A DNA stretch of 64,000 nucleotides from Spizellomyces punctatus DAOM BR117 (taxonomy: Eukaryota), in the NCBI GenBank assembly GCA_000182565.2, contig KQ257461.1; one strand, given 5' to 3'. Below the pieces are notes generated by a model. The model worked only from the letters and a program-made list of their open reading frames with translations, did not search any database and was not told the DNA's origin. A program made the translations under genes and the position numbers. Below, piece by piece: positions 12,589-24,484 of this stretch. Within the stretch, counting starts at the first letter, position 1, and each line of letters starts with the position of its first letter.

Positions 12589-12733
12589 AATGTCCCAAGC
12601 TAGTTATTCCAATGAAAAGTCATAGAAAATGTGGCAGATTGTCTATTAGCAAGTCGCTTTCACCTCCATCAAGCCTTCTCAGACCAATTTCCGCAAGCTC
12701 TCAAAGTCTCTTTCAAGAATGGCCTCAAATAAA
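12589..12733 (-). pseudogene. Relic duplicate of the 3' end and 3' flank of the F-box gene at 16561-17385
   Basis: Aligns by eye with 16443-16625; translates LYLRPFLKETLRACGNWSEKA* versus IYLRPFLKKTLADRGDWSEEV*. Confidence 0.8.
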
Positions 12734-13402
12734 GGCAAAGGGAAGAGATACTGAGTTGTCGAGAACTCCTATCCTCTGGAATGCAGCTAACAGGTTGGGC
12801 ATAGTGCGGAGCCGATGATATTGGCACTAGTACCGGAAAAGCGAACGAACTAGTTATTCGAAGGCAAGTATACAGGCAACGTAACGGTTGTTTCGACCGG
12901 AAAATTGCCCACGGCTACACGTCGTCCCCTACTAGGCCTTGATTTCGAACCCTTGGATGACATTGAACCCAAGAGTCTTTGCAAGAAAGGTAGTCTCTGA
13001 AAGCCGGATAAATTTCGTGAACAATAGCTTGGAGACTAAAACTACTGGGTGCTGCTGGTTCCGGTTGCTTGTCGTTGGGCGGAACGTGTGCCCTCAATCC
13101 CAGGAAAATTCATCATTCTTGAAGGTAGAAGATGGGGGTTAGAGTAAAGATCCCTCTCTTTATAGACCTTGAGCGTGGGAAAATGGGTATCCAGATGAAA
13201 GAAAACCAAAAGAAGCTTCCGACATGATTACAGACATTTACATCATATTCGTATCCACAATCCTCATAATGAACTCGTTTGGCACTTCATCCCTCGGAGT
13301 TCTATCTCTCAGTGACCTCCAGGAATTGTTGCGTTCATTGCGCAGCTTCAACCGCACGACTTCAGCACGCCAGTAACCAAATTACCGAGAGCAACCGGTG
13401 AA

Positions 13403-13502
13403 NNNNNNNNNNNNNNNNNNNNNNNNNNNNNNNNNNNNNNNNNNNNNNNNNNNNNNNNNNNNNNNNNNNNNNNNNNNNNNNNNNNNNNNNNNNNNNNNNN
13501 NN
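13403..13502. other. Assembly gap (100 N)
   Basis: Run of N. Confidence 1.
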
Positions 13503-15332
13503 CTGCCGATCAATCCTCAATGGTAGGATGTACGTCCCGCCTACGCCAACCAAGCACCGCTCTCCCACCCTCTGCTACTGGGTAAGGCAATTCTACGGAG
13601 GGCCCGGTATGCCCCAATAAAATATTGTGTCCTGGGACGTACTCCTTCAGTTTCTGGGTTCACAAGGACTACTTACAGAAACCGTATCTAGAATGTACCC
13701 GTGGGCGTCTTCAAAATCATAGACGGAAATGCAAAGTGGTGGCAGGAATCGGTCGTGCTGATGCTTCCAGTGGGAACCTCAGGTGCTTGCGGCCACTTGA
13801 ACGTTTCTGCCAACGACGTAATACCTTTCTGGGCCGTAGGTGCCTGGCAGAAAACGGGCTATAACGATATAGTCATCCAGTTTAGCATGACCCCACACAT
13901 GAACGACTCGCTTCCTGCCTGTACGAGACCCGCTTCACCGCCTACGCCTACTGTGTCCCGCACAGACTGCACTACAATCCTCGATGGGTTGATGTACGTC
14001 CCACCTACACCAACGAACACCGCTCTCCCACCCTCTGTTACTGGGTTAGGCAATTCATACGGAGTGCCCAGTAAACCATTGTGCGCTGGGATATACTCTT
14101 TCAGTTTCTCTGTTTACGGCGGACCGGATTCACGCTTTACAGTGGGCGTCTTCAGTAGCACGGACCGATCCAGAAGGTGGTTTGAGGACTCGGTCGTGCT
14201 GATGCTTCCTGTGGGAATTTCAGGTGCTTGCGGCCACTTGAACGTTCCAGAGCACAACTCAGCAAATTCTTGGGCCGTAGGCGCCTGGCAGGAAACAGGC
14301 GATAAAGATCTTAACATCCAGTATAGTATGGCTCTACAAACGAACGACTCGCTTCCTGCCTGCACGACACCACCTACGCCTACTGTGTCCAGCACATACT
14401 GCACTTCAGTCCTCGAGGAGCAGATGTACATCCCACCAATGCCAACGAGCACCGCTTTGCCACCCACGACCATGGAGTTCGGCAATGCTTTCATATGGCC
14501 TGGTAATCCTTTGTGCGCTGGGACGTACTCCTTCAGTTTCTTTGTTTTCTGGTATCAACAGGGACCGGATTCACGCGTTACAGTGGGCGTCTTCAGTAGC
14601 GTAGACGATACCACGAAGTGGTGGCAGGACTCGGTCATGCTGATGCTTCCTGTGGGAAACTCAGGCGAATGCGGCCACTTGAACTTTCCAGAGCAAAGAT
14701 CAGCATTCTCTTGGGCCGTAGGTGCCTGGCAGGAAACGGGCTATTCAAATATAGGCATACAGTATAGATTGGCTCTACAGACGAACGACTCGCTTCCTGC
14801 CTGTACGAGACCCGTTTCTTCTGTGTCCAGCACAGACCTGACATCCGTCTCATCGCCTACGCCCTCTATGTCCAGCACAGACCTAAATGTGAGCGGACTC
14901 GGCGACTCAAAGCTGGCAGCGGTTTCCTGGTTTGACCAACCAGTTTCGATTAGTAAGTCTGCACTAGTGGGCGGAGTAGTTGGCATCGCCGTTGCTGGAG
15001 CAGCGATCGCTTTACTTGCCGTAGCCCTCGTTCAGTTTGTAAAGACCAGACATAGAAGAAAAGTGAACGTGGTGAATCTGGAAATGCCACCAGTGGAGCC
15101 AACGCCGATTGAGTACGATACAGGTCCCAAAGACAATGTTGGGGGCGACGTTGCTGCCGAGCCACTGTCCGCGGCCCCATCACCAGCTGAACAGCAGAAG
15201 AATGAATTGACGGAGGAGAAACTGGAGAATGGGGAGGAGATGGGAACGAGGGCCCCGGAAGTTACGGAGGCAGAGGCGCCTGCAAACACTGTAGAGAACC
15301 TTGATTCATCACACATTGCGGAAGAGCCTTAA
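13503..15332 (+). CDS. Single-pass membrane protein with at least 3 tandem ~144-aa Cys-containing extracellular repeats; 5' end lost in the gap
   Basis: Repeated LCAGxYSFSF...DSVVLMLPVGxSGACGHLN...WAVGAWQETG...NDSLPACT. TM segment ALVGGVVGIAVAGAAIALLAVALVQFV, then KTRHRRK and an acidic tail. First repeat is frameshifted next to the gap. Confidence 0.8.
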
Positions 15333-16560
15333 ACCACAAAAATTATATCTCGCCCATTACTTCTTCCAATTTGTTATATTCTTACGAATCCTGGAAATCC
15401 CAGATAATCAACCTATTGTTATAGCACTCTCCCAATTGCGCATCTATCAAACTGTTGTAACGACTAATGGAAATCGCCAGGATTGGATAGAGTACTAATC
15501 GAGCTAGCACGACAGTCACGAGTGGACCGGCTGCATCTACCCCACATGTCCTTCTTCCAATCATCCTCTATCCGTCATTTTGTTTGTGCCTCCTGTGTTG
15601 GCCCCTCCACCAAATGCAGGCGCCATTGCTGTCGAATTCCATCATAGGTGAGAATTTTGGATCCTCATCCTGTTCAGGCGCAGAACCTCCCATTACATAC
15701 ATATAGTAATTTCATGTTTGTAGATCTGCAGCTTTTAGTTATTCTGCTACGAGGGTATGTAGGGGCGGGCTATGCGGTTGCACCGAATGTACCGAACACA
15801 TGCGTCTATAGCCATTTTGGATAGGTCATTTCATGCCTTGCTGGGATCACGACCTGCGCTCCCAGTCAACCGCCAGAACATGACCCGTCAGACGACATTC
15901 TCGTGAGCATGGGAATCGCTTCCTCGGGCATTGATGTTTTTGCTCTTTTGGATTACCACAGATATGGAGGCTGTTGGGCATCCGGTTTAGTGACCGAGCG
16001 TCGGTATTGGATCCCTAATTTGTCATCATATTTACTTGGAGAGAGACCATTAAAAGCAGTTCATTGGTAATATTTTTTGGTTCATAAAGAAAATATAAAC
16101 ATGTTTAACCATGTCTTTAATTGTAATACAGTAATGTAGGTAAAGGTGTAATGCTTGAAGGTACGCAATTAATAATTCTTGACCTAAAATTAAGATAAGA
16201 AGTAATGAAGGGAAGGTTGGTACAAGTAAAAAAACGCACCTGAAGGTAAGCAACCCAAGATGAAACCAGCACATACTTTAGCGAGACCACCTCTCCCGCA
16301 GCGCTCGAGCCCACAGCTCCTTCACTGGGGGATGAGCCATATATTGATCCCAATGAGCCAAACATAATCTGAAGGAGGTACATCTTGCCGATGCGGAATG
16401 GCGGACCCGTGCTGGGGATTTTTTGCGGCCCAGCCCAATTATAATGTCCCAAACAAGTCATTCCATTGAAAAGTTATAGAAAATCTAGCAGATCGTCTAT
16501 TGGGGTATTGCACTACGTTTTAGAGCCCGACGCTTCGGCGACAAGCCGTTTTCACATCCA

Positions 16561-17385
16561 TCACACCTCTTCAGACCAATCCCCGCGATCTGCCAAGGTC
16601 TTTTTCAAGAATGGCCTTAAATAAATTAACTCAAAATGATGCACTTCAAATCCCTGTGCATCAGACCTCCACTTTGCACTGGGTTTGGTAAAGCTCTTTG
16701 AACCCAAATTCATCACGGCGTGATACATGACGCGCAGATCGATCGTCTCAAAATCACGAATGATGAGTTTGACGTATCTGCAGCCAACAAGGGAATACCC
16801 CGGCGTAGACCGACTGGCCTTTGTCGCTGCACACCCCATCAACCGCAACGTTTCCACAGTCCATTGGAGCATGACAAGTGCTCTCACAGCTTCAACCAAT
16901 ACAACATTGTCCCCCACGTGCCCGTCATCCACCGTCGCCTCCACCTCCCCAAACCTCCTCGCATTCTCCACGAGTACCTTTCGCGCCCTCCGATCCCCGA
17001 CCAACCGCTTCAAGACATCTCCACAAGCCTCTACAACCGTTTTATGCCGTCGCAAGAGAAAATAGTACACTGCACCGCCGTCAATAGGGTCAGGATCGTT
17101 TCGGCCAACACTGCTGATACCCCGTCGACATCGGCTCTCAACGTCGATTTCTACCTCTGTGAACGGAACGTGTCCTCGGGAGGTTTTGTAGACTTTGAGG
17201 AGGTGCGGGGATATGGTGGTGGGTATGAGGTTGTTGTAAATGTGGGTGGCATTGCTACGGAGGGTTTCTTTAAAGTCTTTACTGGTACAGGAGAGGTCTG
17301 CAATACAAGTGAGCGGGAGATGGGAGAGAATGCACAAGAGGCAGTCGATGGGCAGGGTGAGGAGGTTGAGGTGTGTTGTCGACAT
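16561..17385 (-). CDS. F-box domain protein (intronless)
   Basis: N-terminal LLTLPIDCLLCILSHLPLTCIADLSCTSKDF fits the F-box consensus; the remainder is unrecognised. The ORF is open back to 17460. Confidence 0.8.
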   Translation of the reverse strand: MSTTHLNLLTLPIDCLLCILSHLPLTCIADLSCTSKDFKETLRSNATHIYNNLIPTTISPHLLKVYKTSRGHVPFTEVEIDVESRCRRGISSVGRNDPDPIDGGAVYYFLLRRHKTVVEACGDVLKRLVGDRRARKVLVENARRFGEVEATVDDGHVGDNVVLVEAVRALVMLQWTVETLRLMGCAATKASRSTPGYSLVGCRYVKLIIRDFETIDLRVMYHAVMNLGSKSFTKPSAKWRSDAQGFEVHHFELIYLRPFLKKTLADRGDWSEEV

Positions 17386-17509
17386 GGTGGACAGGACTGA
17401 CGTGCAAGTGGACTCTGCGCGTTCGTCACTAGGTTGGCGTGGCTCATAAGTGGCTTGCATGTCAAAATGTGACCTGTTGAGTAAAACACACTCGATTCAC
17501 CATCGTTAA

Positions 17510-17581
17510 TTCCGCATCGGGGAATCGAACCCCGGCCGCCGCGGTGAGAGCGCGGAATCCTAACCACTGGACCAATGCGGA
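17510..17581 (-). tRNA. tRNA-Glu (anticodon CTC), identical to the copy at 12471
   Basis: Exact reverse complement of 12471-12542. Confidence 0.96.
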
Positions 17582-17741
17582 TTGCTTTTTCAGGGACCAG
17601 TCGATAACCATGAATGTTAAAAGCTTAGTGCTAACCCCAATCCCATCAACTCTCGTCATCAGGGCGGGAGGGTGTTTATTATTCATTATGCCCACATATG
17701 TCATCGTGTTGACGATCAAAAGGGTTTTACATCTCGACTGC

Positions 17742-17766
17742 AGAAACTTGTAGAACCTTCTCGACT
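17742..17766. promoter_or_regulatory. Heat-shock element upstream of mitochondrial Hsp70
   Basis: Alternating pentamers aGAAa cTTGt aGAAc cTTCt cGAct, about 290 bp upstream of ATG 18049. Confidence 0.6.
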
Positions 17767-18048
17767 ACTTGCTGTGGATAAACCAACCATTACTTGCCCC
17801 GTACGTCAAAAAACTTAGTAAAAAAACAGGTGGAAAAATCCCGAAAAGACACACGGGAGCAAAAATGTGTCACACACGCTGTATCATAGCAACCGTGATT
17901 ATTTCCGTGACGCATCGCTCCGCGAATGGAGGGGACTTTTTTTATGAGACGAGTTGCTTGCTTCACACCCTTGCTCTTGCGGTACATTCCATCTCATCCC
18001 GTCCACTGCATTTCGTCGTTCTTGTGAACCTGCACGAGACTACGAACA

Positions 18049-20290
18049 ATGTACAATCTTTCACGCGCATCCCGTCCCCTTGTCTCCCGTGCCCGGACCG
18101 CTGGGGTATGTTATTACTGCTCAGTGTGCAGAGTGATCTAGAGTTTTGGGGGAAGATCGTGATCTCGAACTCATCTCTTTCTTTATGTATTTAGCTTGTC
18201 CGTCCTGGTCCGGCACCACTGAGTGCCTTTGCTCGCTACGCCAGCGACAAGGTACAAGGTCAGGTCATCGGTATTGATTTGGGAACCACCAACTCTTGCG
18301 TGGCTGGTACGTTACCTTTTTTTCTGCAGCGAGGGTTTTGTTCAAATAAAACTTACCGGATTTTTGATAATCAGTCATGGACGGAAAGACTCCCCGTGTG
18401 ATCGAGAACGCTGAGGGTGGCCGAACAACTCCCTCTGTTGTCGCCTTCTCAAAGGACGGCGAGTTGATTGTCGGAACCCCTGCCAAGCGTCAAGCTGTCG
18501 TCAACCCCGAGAACACCTTGTTTGCCACAAAGCGTTTGATTGGTCGTCGATTTGATGATGCTGAAGTACAAAAGGACATCGCGACAGTTTCATACAAGAT
18601 CATCAAGCACAGCAATGGTGACGCTTGGGTGGAGGCTCGCGGGAAGAAGTACTCTCCCGCACAGATTGGAGCTTTCATTCTTCAAAAGATGAAGGAGACT
18701 GCCGAAAACTTCCTTGGAAAGCCCGCTCAACATGCTGGTAAGTCTCAACATATTTTGTGAAATGAGTTTGACCTTGAAAGCTGATTTTGTTGGCGCCTGC
18801 CACATTTAGTTGTCACTGTCCCTGCTTACTTCAACGACGCCCAACGTCAGGCGACAAAGGACGCTGGACAGATTGCTGGTTTGGACGTGAAGCGTGTCAT
18901 CAACGAGCCCACTGCGGCTGCTTTGGCTTATGGTTTGGAGAAGGCCGGTGACAAGGTTGTCGCCGTGTACGATTTGGGTGGTGGTACATTCGATATCTCC
19001 ATTCTCGAACTGCAACACGGTGTCTTCGAAGTAAAATCTACCAACGGTGACACTCACCTCGGTGGTGAAGACTTTGACAACACAATGGTCCGTCACATCG
19101 TCAACGAATTCAAGAAGGAGCAGGGTATTGATATCTCTGGTGACCGTATGGCCCTTCAACGTATCCGTGAAGCCGCTGAGAAGGCAAAGATTGAATTGTC
19201 ATCCACTCTTCAAACCGAAATTAACCTTCCCTACATCACCGCCGACGCCACTGGACCCAAGCACATTAACATGAAGCTCACCCGCGCTCAGTTCGAGTCG
19301 TTGACCAAGACTTTGATCGACCGCACCATTGAGCCATGCAAAAAGGCTCTTAAGGATGCCGGAGTGACTCCCAACGACATCAACGAAGTTCTCCTTGTTG
19401 GTGGTATGTCTCGTATGCCCAAAGTTCAGGAGACCGTCAAGTCCTTGTTCGGCCGTGACCCCTCGAAGAGCGTCAACCCTGATGAGGCCGTTGCTGTCGG
19501 TGCCGCTATTCAGGGTGGTGTTTTGTCCGGTGAGGTCGACAAGCTTCTTCTCCTCGATGTTACCCCTCTTTCCCTCGGTATCGAAACACTCGGAGGTGTC
19601 TTTACCCGTCTCATCAACCGCAACACCACCATCCCCACCAAAAAGAGCCAGGTCTTCTCTACTGCCGCCGACGGTCAAACCCAGGTCGAAATTAAGGTCT
19701 TCCAGGGTGAGCGTGAATTGGTCAAGGACAACAAGCTTCTTGGTCAATTCAACCTCGTTGGTATTCCACCTGCTCCACGTGGTGTTCCTCAAATCGAGGT
19801 CACCTTTGACATTGACGCTGACGGTATCGTCAATGTTGGCGCTCGTGACAAGGCCACTGGAAAGGACCAGTCGATGACCATTGCTGCGTCCTCTGGCTTG
19901 TCTGACTCTGAGATTGAGAACATGATCAACCAAGCTGAGCAGTTTGCCGAGTCTGACAAGAAGCGTAAGGACGTCATTGAGGCTAGCAACCACGCCGAGT
20001 CTATTATCAACGACACTGAGAAGGCCATGAACGAGTTCAAGGATCAATTGGACAAGGCTGAGGCTGACAAGATCCGTAGCCAGATCAAGGACTTGCGGGA
20101 GATGCTCGCCAAGGGCCCTGAGGAGAACTCACCTGAAACTATCAAGGAGAAGTACGGTGAACTTCAACAAGCCAGCTTGAAGCTCTTCGAGATGGTCTAC
20201 AAGCGCCGAACAGCAGAGGGCGAATCAAAGAGCGGCAAGACTGTTGATGCCGAGTACAAGGACGTTGACGATAAGAACAAGTCATCGTAA
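18049..20290 (+). CDS. SSC1: Mitochondrial Hsp70 chaperone
   Basis: Presequence [78 protein letters not shown]; 3 introns; no C-terminal EEVD or KDEL. Confidence 0.97.
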
Positions 20291-21170
20291 GATGTCATCA
20301 ACTTCACTTGTAGGCGGTGATGCAGCATTTCGATGAGAGACCCATTATCCTTATTATATGATGAGGGGTTTCTGTGGGTGGTGAGGTGGGGGTTCTTTTG
20401 CATAGAATAGTCTCATGAGTAGCAAGAGAGTAGGATAGCATAATCTTGTGGTGTTGGGGGGATGACGATTCTGGCACGCACTTTTTGTTGATTTTTCTCT
20501 TCATTGTAACAATATTATCCTTTTTCGTCTCCGAATTTTTCGCATCGTGTTCTCTTCTGGTGGGCTTACACGCAATCTTGGACCCTGCTTCGCTACCCCA
20601 GTGGCAACTCACCTGCCGTTTGCACGATGATAAGCGGATCGCAAAAGGAGTTCAACTTCCCGCCAAGGGTGGATCAGGAGTATCATGTTTTCTGCAACAA
20701 TTGCCCGCCAAGTGTACCTTGTCTGCCCCTGGAATATATGTAAATAAAGTGTATTTTGGAGCACGTTCTGTAGGACGCGGCAAGACACAAATGCTGTAGC
20801 CCTCCTAGTCAGGGCATATCATTGAGCGGAAGAGGAAATATCGCTATTACGTGACAACTGCGCCATGCTTTGTCATCATACAATGGGAACTGCGCCTCGT
20901 CACGGACGCCAGCCAAAGTGACGTGTTCGCAAAAGGTGACTTTACGGACAAAAATAACACAAGAGCGTTCGCACCGCTGTTTTTAGATTTTGCGGACATC
21001 CGAGACACGATTCGCTAGGAAGATTGTTGGGATAGGACCTGAGGTCGTCTTTCTGTGTGGCGTGGAGAGGTTTTCTTTGTAACCAGCGTTAAGAAGTTCC
21101 TGAAGTTGCCCTAAACCGAGCAATCTAAATCGAAACTTTTGAACATTATTGTTTTCCGTAACGACGTGCA

Positions 21171-21190
21171 GCTCTCTCTCTCTCTCTCTC
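21171..21190. repeat. (CT)n microsatellite upstream of Mpe1
   Basis: gctctctctctctctctctc. Confidence 0.8.
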
Positions 21191-21310
21191 TTTTCGTGGC
21201 CAAAGTCTTCTCCTCCTATTACTACTGGGCTGCATCATTAGCGCGCAGTTGATTCTACCTTCCCGTCCTGTCTTTCTTTGCAACGGCCCAACACCCCACA
21301 CAGCAGCACA

Positions 21311-24300
21311 ATGTCAATCGTCTTTTACAAGTTCAAGTCCGCCAAGGATTATGATACATGCACTTTTGATGGGACCAACATATCGGTGTTTGACCTCAAG
21401 CGGGAGATCATGCAGGCGAAGAAATTGGGCAAAGGCACGGATTTCGATTTGATGATTTACAATGCTCAGACAAATGAGGGTGAGTTTCTGTCCTGCTGTT
21501 TTGGTGATGGATGGATCTAGTAGGAGAATGGTGTGAAGACTTGTTTTTTGTGGAAGATGGATCCTGGATTGGAAGAGTGGGGAAACCGGTGGGGTGTGGA
21601 GAGGTGTTTGGCGAAAAGGGACCCGTTGGAGTTTCTTTTTTTCTTAGATGCGGATTGCGCTTCCTTTCCGCTTGACTAGTTCGTCGTTTGTATTGTCTTG
21701 CGGTCGACTGTGTCGGCCGAGCGCTGTGCGTTTTTTCCCCATCTTACCCTATTTTGCTATGAATGAAAAAAAATGATAATAAAGAACAACAAAAAAAAAG
21801 ATTATAAAAAAAAAGAAAATGACATTGATTTTATTTATATCTGCCGCTTTGTTTTTCTTGAGAGAGGGAATGGAGTGTTGGGGGGAGAGTTCCTAGAATG
21901 TTGTACTTGGAGATGGGAGGATTGGTAGTTGTTGAGTAGCCTTGTTGCCTCCGCTGTATAGTTAAGTCGCGACATTATCTGTATATTGTCCGTGTTGACT
22001 GATCAATGCCGGATCCTCTCCGGTCCTTTCCTTCCTTTCTGCCTCTCTTCTACAGAATACAAGGATGACATGTACATGATTCCTCGAAACACTTCCGTAC
22101 TAGTCTCTCGTCATCCGGCATCTAAACCTGGCAAAGGCACCGCACAAAGGTATTTGACGACAGCTATGCCGACTGGAGCTATGTTGGCGGGCTCGTGGTC
22201 TCGAGGTGCTCCGCAAGCTGCTACCTCTTTGCCCAAGCATCACTCTTTGAACAATCGGCTTCCACAGTACGTCTCATTGCTTTGTTTATAATCAGCGGGA
22301 AGATGTGTCGACTTTGAGATTTTAATACAGTTTGTAATGTGTTTACCCAAAGGCAGCGACCGCCAACCTCGACGGATACTCCCGCAACTGAAATCACAGG
22401 AGAAACAGAAGAAGAACGTATCGCAAACATGTTCAAGTTGCAAACAGAACAATGGGCCGTTGCGCAGGATAAGATGGCTCAGTACGTAGATACTTATATC
22501 TAGATACCTTGCCGTTTTTTCAGCTTAATTAACAATAACATGCCTGTTTTTATTTTAGACAAAAGCCAATACCTCGTCAATATCACGGCGCCGGACGCGG
22601 TGGATGGCGTGGAGGCCATCATAACGGTGGTGATCGCAATCAGGCAGGCGGAGAGGGTGGTGGGTGGCAACAGAGGGAATATCCTCAGCGAGCACCACCA
22701 CCAGGATATATCTGTTATCGTTGTGGTCAAAAAGGTAAGAAGACTAACGACAGCAGAATATAATCCCTTGAAAAAGTATTCTGATGCCAATTCTTTTCGT
22801 TTCGCTAGGTCATTTCATCAATCAATGTCCCACGATCGGCGATAAAGACTTTGACCGACCGAAATTGAAGCGTACCACTGGTATTCCGAAGATTTTTCTA
22901 AAGGTTGTCGATGATAAGCAAGCTGCAGGAGGAGGAGTAATGGTTACTCAAAACGGGGAGTTGGTCGTAGCTCAACCGAACGAGTAAGAAAAAATGATCA
23001 AATAATACCAGTCAGGTACATAGTACTAACATATTCCTCAATGACAGGCAAGCCTGGGCGAACATGGCGGCTCGAACGCGGAATTATCTGGGTGCGGGGG
23101 ATGTACACGAAATGGCGCCTGTCCCTAGCGAACTGGCTTGTCCTCTTTGTACCAAGTTGCTACGGGATGCGGTGTTGATACCTTGTTGTGGAACCAGTTA
23201 TTGTGATGAATGTAAGTTCATATCCTTTATATCCGTAAAACTGACTAGTCAGTTTTGAACCGCTGTCTTACCAACTTTTTCTGTGAATGCCAGGTATACG
23301 CGCACACCTGCTAGACAACGAAGATCCGGAACAAAGACTCAAGTGTCCCAACTGCGGTTCAGATCAGTCTCCAGATAATTTGGTTCCCAATAAATCGCTG
23401 CGTCAAGCTGTTGAGCATCATATTCGGGATTTTGCCGCGAAGAAGGCTGGTGGTCCTCCGTCTCCGGTCCCTGCGAATGCTACTGCGGCATCTGTGAATG
23501 CCCAACCTGCTGAAGACGCGGCGTCTGCGACACCTACTGTCAATGGGACAGCATCTGCAGCTCCCCCAACACAAACAACTACAGTGGCACCACCATCCAC
23601 TGCCCCGATAGTACCCGCTATAAACAGACCGCCTACGACGGCGAAACCCTACAAAATTATCAAACCTACCAATGCTACGCCCGCAACTACCACTTCTAAC
23701 CCTACTCCACCCGTCCCCAATGCTGCGCCGATCGAGGTAGAATCGTCGGATCGGAAGCCAACGATAACACCAATACGGAAGATTTCCGACTCTAGCACTC
23801 CCACTGTATCCGCGCGACCGGGTCTCAAAAGAGGTCCGGATGAGGCTGGTGTGAATGGGGAGATGGAGGTACGTGACCCTGGTTAGGCAATCCTTGTATT
23901 AATATGGCGATTTAGCGTAATTCTTTCGTATGCAGGATCAGTACACCCCGGACGGAACTGACATGAACAACCGTCGAGTCCGTCGCGGCTCCCTCACACA
24001 TCGGTATCAAGACTTTGAAGAATACCCACCACACATGATGGTACCTGATTTTGATCCAAGATGGGGAGGGCCGGGCCCTATGATGCCTCCACCTCCTCCC
24101 TATGGAAGATTCTGGGATGGACCTCCACACATGTTTCCTCCGCCGCCACACCGACGGGGTGGGTACGGGATGCCTCCACCGGACATGTTTGGCGGACCGA
24201 TGGGGATGGGCATGGGTATGGGAATGGGAATGGAGATGGGTATGCCCCCCGTGGATGGATGGCGAGGTGAAATGGGTGGACGAGACTAGTAAGTTTTCTA

Positions 24301-24484
24301 TTTCCAGGATGCCGTTACCATGCGCAATTCTCTAGGTTCTAATTGTTTGAATTTGGCTATTCCCAGTCCTCGAGACCGTGGTTATTACCCCCCAGGCCCT
24401 GGATCGTCCGGTGGACGAATGGCAGTAAAGCGCCCACGAAATCAATCTGACGTTATCGATGTCACATCCAAGCATTCTAGTTAA
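21311..24484 (+). CDS. MPE1: Mpe1/RBBP6 cleavage-polyadenylation factor (DWNN, zinc knuckle, RING)
   Basis: MSIVFYKFKSAKDYD (DWNN); PPPGYICYRCGQKGHFINQCPT; LKRTTGIPK; RING CPLC...PCCGTSYCDECIR...CPNC; Pro/Gly-rich tail; several GT-AG introns. Confidence 0.94.

Noticed and set aside
13503-13700. Frameshifts in the first repeat unit as evidence of a pseudogene or programmed frameshift
   Set aside because: Directly next to an N gap, so low-quality contig-end sequence is the simpler explanation.
15500-16461. Possible small minus-strand gene inside the tRNA island
   Set aside because: One plausible intron but no convincing protein; cannot support a call.
19199-20047. 282-aa ORF antisense to Hsp70
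   Set aside because: Known shadow effect of codon bias in Hsp70 genes.
20304-21100. Splice-like signals and short ORFs between Hsp70 and Mpe1
   Set aside because: No coherent reading frame could be assembled.
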